A stretch of 64,000 bases of DNA from Victivallaceae bacterium (lineage in GTDB: Bacteria > Verrucomicrobiota > Lentisphaeria > Victivallales > Victivallaceae). A program made the position numbers and the translations under genes. Under the pieces are notes generated by a model, which searched no databases, was not told where the DNA came from, and saw only the letters and a program-made list of their open reading frames with translations. Below, one piece after another: positions 18,240 to 25,116 of this stretch. The stretch spans positions 5,383-69,382 of the forward strand of contig JAQULZ010000001.1 in NCBI GenBank assembly GCA_028718375.1, in the 5' to 3' direction. The number at the start of each line of letters is the position of its first letter. Position 1 is the stretch's first letter.

Positions 18240-18724
18240 TCTTCCCGCGCTTTCTTTTTCAACAGTACCACGGCACTGGCCGCTATCCCCTGCTGCCGGC
18301 CGCAGAATCCCAGTCCTTCAGTGGTAGTGGCCTTTACCGAAACCTGACATAAACGGCAATTGAGCACTTTGCTGATGTTCTCCCTCATCCGGAGTATATA
18401 CGGACTCAGTTTCGGCTGCTGGGCGACAATCGTAATATCGCAATTGCCCAGTTCATAGGCGGCGTATTTTTCATCCTTCCAGATTTTCGCCAGCAGTTTT
18501 ATACTGTCCGCCCCCTTGAAGCGCGGGTCCGAAGGCGGAAACCAGGCGCCGAGATCTCCCGCGGCCAAGGCGCCGAGCATGGCATCCATCAGCGCATGAA
18601 TGACCACGTCCGCGTCACTGTGTCCGTCAAGTCCTGTGGAATGCGGGATGTTGACCCCGCCCAAAATCAATTCTCTGCCCGGTTCCAGACAATGAACGTC
18701 ATAACCGTAACCGATCCTGAACAT
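18236..18724 (-). CDS. ispF: 2-C-methyl-D-erythritol 2,4-cyclodiphosphate synthase
   Basis: FRIGYGYDVHCLEPGRELILGGVNIPHSTGLDGHSDADVVIHALMDAMLGA. 4-nt overlap with the aroA start. Confidence 0.93.
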   Translation of the reverse strand: MFRIGYGYDVHCLEPGRELILGGVNIPHSTGLDGHSDADVVIHALMDAMLGALAAGDLGAWFPPSDPRFKGADSIKLLAKIWKDEKYAAYELGNCDITIVAQQPKLSPYILRMRENISKVLNCRLCQVSVKATTTEGLGFCGRQQGIAASAVVLLKKKAREE

Positions 18725-18730
18725 GATCTT

Positions 18731-20926
18731 TTAATATCCTTTAGTTGTTTTGAAGGTTTTATTCAAGGATTCATAATCCTTTTTAGTTATCACGCCTTTA
18801 TTATAAAGCTCTTCGGTCGCTTTGGCCATGGTTACCATGCCGTCCTTGAAACTGGTTTCCATGACCGACTGCAATTGGCTGGTCTTGCCGTCGCGCACCA
18901 GCGCCTGAACCGCCGGAGTGCCGACCATCACTTCGAAAGCGGCTACCCGCCCTTCCCCGCTTTTGAGCGGAATCAGCCGCTGAGCGATCACGCCGAGCAA
19001 CACTCCGGCCAGTTGCAGTTTTACCTGGTTTTGCTGGTACGCCGGGAAAGAATCGATGATCCGGTCAACAGTCTGCGGGGCGTTGTTGGTGTGCAGCGTA
19101 GCCAGTACGAGGTGGCCGGTTTCCGCGGCAGTCAGGGTCGCGGCGATGGTCTCGATGTCGCGCATTTCGCCCACCAGGATCACGTCCGGGTCCTGGCGCA
19201 GCACGTACTTCAGGGCATTGGCGAAACTCAGGGTGTCCGCGCCGAATTCGCGTTGTTCAATCACCGCTTTTTTATTGGAATGGACGTATTCGATCGGGTC
19301 TTCGACGGTGACGATATGGCAGTCCGACTCGGAATTGATCCGGTCGATCAGACTCGCTTGGGTAGTGCTTTTGCCGTGCCCGGTGGGGCCGGTGATCAGA
19401 ATCAGGCCGCTCTTCTTTTCCGCCATTTTCACCAATACCGGCGGCAGTTTCAGTTCCTCGACGGACGGGATACGTTTGGGAATGACCCGCAAAGCAGCCC
19501 CGATATTGCCGCGCTGATAAAAACCGTTCACCCGGAAACGATACTGCGCCGCCTGGGCATCGGTGGAGTGAATCTTCATGCTGATCGACAGCGCGAAATC
19601 AATTTCCCGCTCTTCCTCAAACCGGGCGCGCTGATGCGGGGTCAGAATACTGAACAGCAGCCGTTGAGTATCCGCCGGCGTGAGCAATTCGGTGTCCAGC
19701 GGCACCAGACCGCCGTTGACCCGCAGCGTCGGCCGGGCGTCGGTGGTAATCAGGAGATCACTCGCGCCGTTGGCGATGGCCGCCTGCAGCAGCTGTTTCA
19801 TATTGATGAGCTCGCGGTCGCCGGACAGGCTGCTGAAACTGTCCCGGAAGGTTTCGATGCCGCTTTCCATGCCGCGCACCAGCAACAGGAATTCTTCGCG
19901 GTTGGAAGCCGCGCCGGCCCCGGCCGCGGCAGTGATCCGGCCGTTCCTGACCAACTGGAACAGACAGCGGTTAAAGGTGATCATACCTTCGTTGCCGCCG
20001 CGTTTGATGGCTTCTTCGAGCTCCTCGAAATTGCGGTCGGCAATGATATTGCTGATCGCGGGAGTGCCTTTCATGATCTCCACCGCGGGAATCATACCCC
20101 GGCCGTCAGCGCCGGGCAACAGCCGCTGGGCAATGATGCCCCGCAGCGCCAGCGATAAATCCTGAGCGGCCTGACTGCGCAGGTGTTCCGGAAAATTGCT
20201 GATAATGCGCTCGACGGACTGAACGCTGTCCGCGGTATGAACGGTCGAAAATACCAGATGCCCGGTCAGAGCGGCAGTGATCGCAGTCTGCATGGTATCG
20301 AGATCGCGCATTTCCCCGATAACGATAACGTCCGGGCTTTCCCGCACGACATTGCGCAGCGCTTCATGGAAATTGGCCGTATCCGCCCCTACTTCGCGCT
20401 GAGTGATCAGGGATTTTTTATCGTGATGAACGTATTCGATCGGGTCTTCGATACAGACGATGTGCTTTTCATAACGCTGGTTGATGTAATTGACCAGCGC
20501 CGCCAGCGTGGTGGACTTGCCGCTGCCGGCGGCGCCGGCGATCAGGATGAGACCGCGCGGTTCGTCGGCCAGGGACTGGAGGGTTTCCGGCAGATTCAGG
20601 CCGGCAAAGGAAAGCGTATCCGCGGACGGCACCGGCCGCGCCACCAGCGCGGGCGCACCCTGCTGAGTAAGAAAATTCAACCGGAACCGCCGGCCGTCCT
20701 TCATGGTCAGTCCGGCATCGAAACTGCCGGTTTCCCGATAGACCTTTTCCGCCTCCGGCAACAGGACTTCGCGCCGGAAAGCGTCAATATCCTCATTTTC
20801 TACCGGGTTTTCATCCAGCGGCAACACCCGGCCGAAACGGCGCTGATACGGGACTTTTCCTCCGGTAATGAATAAATCCGAAGCATTTGAACCCGAAACT
20901 TCCTGAAGCAATTCCTCGATGCGCAT
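18731..20926 (-). CDS. Tandem-fused double PilT-type secretion ATPase (two complete PilT modules in one 731-aa ORF)
   Basis: Module 1: MRIEELLQEVSGSNASDLFI..., Walker A GAAGSGKST, IEDPIEYVH, VIVIGEMRD, TGHLVFSTVHT. Module 2 begins at internal Met376 (ATG at complement of 19799-19801): MKQLLQAAIANGASDLLI..., GPTGHGKST, VEDPIEYVH, VILVGEMRD, TGHLVLATLHT. Confidence 0.85.
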   Translation of the reverse strand: MRIEELLQEVSGSNASDLFITGGKVPYQRRFGRVLPLDENPVENEDIDAFRREVLLPEAEKVYRETGSFDAGLTMKDGRRFRLNFLTQQGAPALVARPVPSADTLSFAGLNLPETLQSLADEPRGLILIAGAAGSGKSTTLAALVNYINQRYEKHIVCIEDPIEYVHHDKKSLITQREVGADTANFHEALRNVVRESPDVIVIGEMRDLDTMQTAITAALTGHLVFSTVHTADSVQSVERIISNFPEHLRSQAAQDLSLALRGIIAQRLLPGADGRGMIPAVEIMKGTPAISNIIADRNFEELEEAIKRGGNEGMITFNRCLFQLVRNGRITAAAGAGAASNREEFLLLVRGMESGIETFRDSFSSLSGDRELINMKQLLQAAIANGASDLLITTDARPTLRVNGGLVPLDTELLTPADTQRLLFSILTPHQRARFEEEREIDFALSISMKIHSTDAQAAQYRFRVNGFYQRGNIGAALRVIPKRIPSVEELKLPPVLVKMAEKKSGLILITGPTGHGKSTTQASLIDRINSESDCHIVTVEDPIEYVHSNKKAVIEQREFGADTLSFANALKYVLRQDPDVILVGEMRDIETIAATLTAAETGHLVLATLHTNNAPQTVDRIIDSFPAYQQNQVKLQLAGVLLGVIAQRLIPLKSGEGRVAAFEVMVGTPAVQALVRDGKTSQLQSVMETSFKDGMVTMAKATEELYNKGVITKKDYESLNKTFKTTKGY

Positions 20927-21047
20927 GCCGTTCTATCCCCGCCTGACCGCTGTATTCCATTGAAGGTTGATTTTTTTCAACTTCCATATTAAAGTACATG
21001 ACGATACTTAGATTAGCAAATCGAATTCACCAAATATCGGAGCGCTT

Positions 21048-21494
21048 ATGAAAACCAGAGTGACGGTTAAATGCAGCATGAAACCCGGCTGCGAAGACTT
21101 AATGCCGAAGAAGGCGCACCATGATGACGCGGCCTTTGATCTGCGGTCGCGGGTCGATATTGATCTGATTCCGGGGCGGAGTCTGCTGGTGCCGACGGGG
21201 CTTTTTATTGAACTGCCGGCAGGCTTTGAAGCCCAGATCCGGCCGCGCAGCGGACTGGCGCTCAAGCACGATCTGACCTTGACCAACTCTCCCGGCACCA
21301 TCGACGCCGGCTATCGCGGGGAAGTCGGGATAATCATGTACAATCACGGCAGCGCAACTTTCGCGATCAAACGCGGGGAACGCATCGCCCAGATGGTGAT
21401 CTGCGAACTGCCGGAAGTAACCCTGGCATGCGCCGATCAGTTATCCGAGTCAACCCGCGGCGCCGGCGGTTTCGGCAGTACCGGTAAAAATTAG
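21048..21494 (+). CDS. dut: dUTP diphosphatase
   Basis: AAFDLRS...GL.LKH...NSPGTIDAGYRGEV.II..N.G...F.I..GERIAQMV...RG.GGFGSTG. Confidence 0.92.
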   Translation: MKTRVTVKCSMKPGCEDLMPKKAHHDDAAFDLRSRVDIDLIPGRSLLVPTGLFIELPAGFEAQIRPRSGLALKHDLTLTNSPGTIDAGYRGEVGIIMYNHGSATFAIKRGERIAQMVICELPEVTLACADQLSESTRGAGGFGSTGKN

Positions 21495-21505
21495 GAATTG
21501 CGGCA

Positions 21506-21901
21506 ATGAAAGTAAAACTGTTTTATTTGGCCGGCCTGATCATGCTGATTTCGGGCTGTTGTTCCCCGGCGCCGGAGAAACTGCCGGCCGGGGACATCGA
21601 CATTTATACCAAGTTCGCCAACGAAATCGCCACGCTCCACAATACGGCGCTCCGGCCCGACTCGAAACTTAAATACGAGGCGGCTTTGATCCTGTATAAA
21701 AACGTCGATTTTTCGTTTGTGCGCGACCTGGAGACCCTGGAAAAGATATTCGGAGCGAACGACGCCCGCCTGGGCTCAAAGCATTTTGAAAAACAGACGA
21801 TAATTTATCTTTACCGTTATCAGGACAAACGGATACGGTTCGTTTTCACCCGTTACAACAACGCCATAATTTCCTCGGAATGCACCGATAAAACAAATTA
21901 A
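21506..21901 (+). CDS. Small lipoprotein, function unknown
   Basis: Signal peptide with lipobox MLISG|C. Sits between dut and tadA with short gaps. Confidence 0.6.
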   Translation: MKVKLFYLAGLIMLISGCCSPAPEKLPAGDIDIYTKFANEIATLHNTALRPDSKLKYEAALILYKNVDFSFVRDLETLEKIFGANDARLGSKHFEKQTIIYLYRYQDKRIRFVFTRYNNAIISSECTDKTN

Positions 21902-21927
21902 CCGATATTGACCGGAACCGGTATCAG

Positions 21928-22413
21928 ATGCTGAAATTCGATGATGAATATTTCATGCGCCAGGCGTTGCGGCAGGCGAAAATCGCTTTCGAGGCCGGCG
22001 AAGTGCCGGTCGGCGCCGTCGCGGTAAAAAATGACTGCATCATTGCCCGCGCTTATAACCAGGTGGAACTGCTTCACGACGCCACCGCCCATGCGGAAAT
22101 GCTGGTCATCACCGGAGCGGCCAACGCGCTCGGCGACTGGCGGCTGGATGAAGTGGATATTTACGTGACCAAGGAACCCTGTGCCATGTGCGCCGGCGCG
22201 ATGGTTAATTCCCACGTCCGGAAAGTAATCTTCGGCATGCCCGACCCGCGCAGCGGAGCCTGCGCTTCGGCGCTCGACGTTACCGGTTTCAAAGGCATGT
22301 TGTGGAAGGTGGAAGTCAAATCCGGCGTGCTGGAAACCGAATGCCGTACCGTTATGCAAAATTTTTTCAAACAGGCCCGCGCCGAAAAAAATGCAAAAAT
22401 AGTTATAGCTTAG
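21928..22413 (+). CDS. tadA: tRNA-specific adenosine deaminase
   Basis: EVPVGAV...HAEM (zinc His/Glu) and PCAMCAGA (zinc Cys pair). Typical TadA length. Confidence 0.92.
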   Translation: MLKFDDEYFMRQALRQAKIAFEAGEVPVGAVAVKNDCIIARAYNQVELLHDATAHAEMLVITGAANALGDWRLDEVDIYVTKEPCAMCAGAMVNSHVRKVIFGMPDPRSGACASALDVTGFKGMLWKVEVKSGVLETECRTVMQNFFKQARAEKNAKIVIA

Positions 22414-22545
22414 GGCGGGCTTTGTCCGCCGCCAAATAATCCAACGGCGAAGCGCTGGCCGCTTGCAGAGCAAGCCAAACTGTTTGGCTTCGCATGCGAA
22501 GCTGCCCGGCAGTTCGCGCCGGGAGTGCAGGATAATATCCTGCAC
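22414..22545. other. Cluster of six consecutive GC-rich stem-loops/palindromes immediately after tadA
   Basis: GGCGG..CCGCC (22414-22430); GCTTG-CAGAG-CAAGC (22461-22475); GCCAAAC-T-GTTTGGC (22474-22488); perfect 16-nt palindrome GCTTCGCATGCGAAGC (22487-22502); CCCGGC..GCCGGG (22505-22523); GTGCAGGAT-AAT-ATCCTGCAC (22525-22545). GCGAAGC at 22447-22453 can alternatively pair with GCTTCGC at 22487-22493. Confidence 0.6.
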
Positions 22546-22626
22546 CCGCACCGCTTTCCTTACATAATCCTAACTGACCGAATTACTATCGGTGTTCTAT
22601 TCTTTTACCGATTTTATTAACCCGGC

Positions 22627-22655
22627 TTGAATCGATATTATTATTCTGCTATTTT
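22627..22655 (+). promoter_or_regulatory. Putative sigma70-type promoter of the NucS-like/DUF5655 gene
   Basis: TTGAAT (22627-22632), 17-nt spacer, TATTTT (22650-22655). The ORF-track TTG start at 22627 coincides with the -35 box, which favours ATG 22702. Confidence 0.4.
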
Positions 22656-22701
22656 TAGCTCATTCGATACTTTCTTAAAAACTGTTGCTGGGGGCGAAAA
22701 A

Positions 22702-23613
22702 ATGGGTGATACAAAAATTTTTCGGATCAAAACCGGAAAAATAGAAGAACTGCCTGGCTTTTCAGTCGCGTTGGAAAAAGGTTTGCAAACCTTAATTGAA
22801 AATAACCTGGAAATATTCTTGGGCATCAAGTTTCTGGCTTCCGAATATTCTACCGGGAAAACCCATGTCGGCAGAATTGATACCTTGGGAATTGACGAGA
22901 ACGGCTATCCGGTCATTATCGAATACAAGCGCAGTCTTAATGAAAATGTCATTAATCAGGGACTCTTTTATCTTGACTGGCTGTTGGATCATAAAGCCGA
23001 ATTCGAACTGCTTGTTCAAAAACAATGCGGAAGAACTTTGGCTGACACTATCGAATGGAGCAAACCCCGTTTACTTTGTATCGCCGGAGATTTCACTAAA
23101 TATGACCCTCGTGCCGTATCCCAGATCGGTCGGAACATAGAACTGATAAAATACTGCAAGTACAATGACGAACTTCTGTTGCTGGAACAGGTAAATTCCG
23201 TAGTTGCGGCCGAGATTATTCCGGAAAGCAACGACGGAAGGAAGAAAAAAACTCGTTATACGACGGTGATGGAATCTCTGGCTAACGCGACTCCTGAAAT
23301 CAAGGAATTATTTGAAAATATCAAGCAATACTTGCTGGCACTTGGCGATGATGTCCAATTCGTTACCCTGAAATATTATTTTGCCTTTAAGCGGATTAAA
23401 AATTTTGTCTGTATGGAAGTTCATCCGCAAACCCGGCATATTATTTTATTTGTCAAGGTCGACCTGGATTCCATCAAACCGGAAAAGGGATTTACCAGGG
23501 ATGTAAGAAATATCGGCCACTTTGGTACCGGCAACCTTGAAATTACCATAGCCGACATGAATGATTTCAATCGGGCAAAAATCTTTATAGATAAAAGTTA
23601 TGAGGCGAATTAG
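22702..23613 (+). CDS. NucS-like PD-(D/E)xK endonuclease domain protein with DUF5655-like C-terminal domain
   Basis: GRIDTLGIDENGYPVIIEYKRSLNENVINQGLFYLDWLL matches the NucS/DUF91 catalytic block (D...E.K). The C-terminus (YYFAFKRIKNFVCMEVHPQTRHIILFVKVD) resembles DUF5655. The gene and its flanks are clearly more AT-rich than surrounding DNA. Confidence 0.65.
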   Translation: MGDTKIFRIKTGKIEELPGFSVALEKGLQTLIENNLEIFLGIKFLASEYSTGKTHVGRIDTLGIDENGYPVIIEYKRSLNENVINQGLFYLDWLLDHKAEFELLVQKQCGRTLADTIEWSKPRLLCIAGDFTKYDPRAVSQIGRNIELIKYCKYNDELLLLEQVNSVVAAEIIPESNDGRKKKTRYTTVMESLANATPEIKELFENIKQYLLALGDDVQFVTLKYYFAFKRIKNFVCMEVHPQTRHIILFVKVDLDSIKPEKGFTRDVRNIGHFGTGNLEITIADMNDFNRAKIFIDKSYEAN

Positions 23614-23850
23614 AAAAATTTACCCGTTGAAATTTCATAAATGAGGTATTTTATTACAGTTTGCCGATAAGCCAAAAAAATATAAGGAAATTGCGCTCTC
23701 GCCTTTCCTGACCAACAGTTCATTCCGGCAATAAAACCAGCCTTAACTTTGAAAAAACGGTTTGTGCTTCAAACTTCGAGTGCTATTGTTTATTATTCTA
23801 TTTTTTCGGGTATTTCGTGGCTACTGTTATTGTTTTAACCGGCGAGTGCG

Positions 23851-25116
23851 ATGCGGACGGTGAAATTCATCCATTGCGCGGACTTGCATCTCGGCAGTCC
23901 GTTTAAGGGAATCAGCAGCGGCAATCCGGCCTTGGGAGCGGCGCTGGCGGCGGCGACCTTCGACGCTTTCGCCAATATCATTGATGCGGCGCTCGACCAT
24001 GACGCGGATTTCCTGCTTATCGCCGGTGACGTTTTCGACGCGGAAGACCACAGTCTCCGCAGCCGGTTGTTTTTCAAGAACCGGCTCGAACGGCTGGAGG
24101 AGGCCGGGATTCGCTGTTTCATCGTCTGCGGCAACCACGACCCGCTCCGTTCCTGGTCGCAGACCGTCGGTCTGCCTGACAACACGGTAATTTTTGACGC
24201 CGGCGTACCCCAGACCTTTACTGTTGAGCGCCACGGCCATGAACTGGCGACGATTTGCGGCACAAGTTTCGAAACCGGCGCCGTTACCGCCAACCTGGCC
24301 GCCCGGTTTAAACGCGAGCGTTCCGATCTTCCCGCCGTCGCCCTGCTTCACGCCGCTGTCAACAGCGCCGGCGGCAATGACTACGCTCCGGCGCAGCTCA
24401 GCGATCTCACCGGCCTGACCCAAAACAATTTCGATTACTGGGCGCTGGGCCATGCCCATTCGTTCGCGATTCTGAATCCCGCCTTTCCCGCCGTGGTTTA
24501 CCCCGGCTGTCCGCAGGGCACCAGCCCGCGCGAAACCGGAGCTAAAAGCTGCTGTCTGGTGCAGCTGCAACCCGGCTCTGCTCCGCAGATTGAAGCGCTG
24601 GCGGTGGATATGATCCGTTACGCGTTCCGGGAGCTGAATATTACCGGCATGGAAACGTTTGAGGATTTATTTGCCGCGGTGAATGAAGCCGGAGAAAAAA
24701 TCATTGTTGAAAACGGCGGCCGTAAAACCGTGTTGCGGCTGAAACTTTCCGGGCGCAGCCGCTTAAATCGGGAGCTGCGCGCCGAGGATAAGAACAACGA
24801 GCTGACGGAACATTTCGAAAAAGAGCTCGGAGCGTTGGGTGAAACACTGTTCCTGAACCGGGTCGAACTGGCGACGCGGGAGGATTACAATCCGGAAACT
24901 TTCAGCCGGGGGAGCGGTTTTATCGCCGATCTGCTGGCCGGTGCGGACACCCTGCTCACCGATCCCGCCGGCGCAACCGGAGTGGTTGCAGAACTGGAAC
25001 CGATTTACCGGAAATGCCGCGCCCTGCCGCCGTTTAGTGTCGAAGAACTGCGCGCCATCGTCGAGAACGCGAAGTACCTGGCGCTCGATCAACTTCTGGG
25101 GGACGGCGGAACGTGA
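23851..25116 (+). CDS. SbcD/Mre11-type metallophosphoesterase DNA exonuclease (YhaO-like)
   Basis: Calcineurin-like motifs FIHCADLHLG, LLIAGDVFD, VCGNHD, ALGHAH. Translationally coupled to the downstream SMC-like ATPase. Confidence 0.8.
   Translation: MRTVKFIHCADLHLGSPFKGISSGNPALGAALAAATFDAFANIIDAALDHDADFLLIAGDVFDAEDHSLRSRLFFKNRLERLEEAGIRCFIVCGNHDPLRSWSQTVGLPDNTVIFDAGVPQTFTVERHGHELATICGTSFETGAVTANLAARFKRERSDLPAVALLHAAVNSAGGNDYAPAQLSDLTGLTQNNFDYWALGHAHSFAILNPAFPAVVYPGCPQGTSPRETGAKSCCLVQLQPGSAPQIEALAVDMIRYAFRELNITGMETFEDLFAAVNEAGEKIIVENGGRKTVLRLKLSGRSRLNRELRAEDKNNELTEHFEKELGALGETLFLNRVELATREDYNPETFSRGSGFIADLLAGADTLLTDPAGATGVVAELEPIYRKCRALPPFSVEELRAIVENAKYLALDQLLGDGGT

Noticed and set aside
22414-22545. 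The hairpin clusters (also 49986-50114) as integron attC sites preceding gene cassettes.
   Set aside because: The stems do not fit the R''(RYYYAAC)/R'(GTTRRRY) consensus or the single long imperfect attC hairpin. No intI or attI is present in the window.
22414-22626. An SRP (4.5S/scRNA) gene downstream of tadA, as in the Bacillus tadA-scr arrangement.
   Set aside because: I could not find the conserved domain IV motifs (GGAA / AGCAGC-type symmetric-loop sequences) on either strand. The region is better described as a hairpin cluster.
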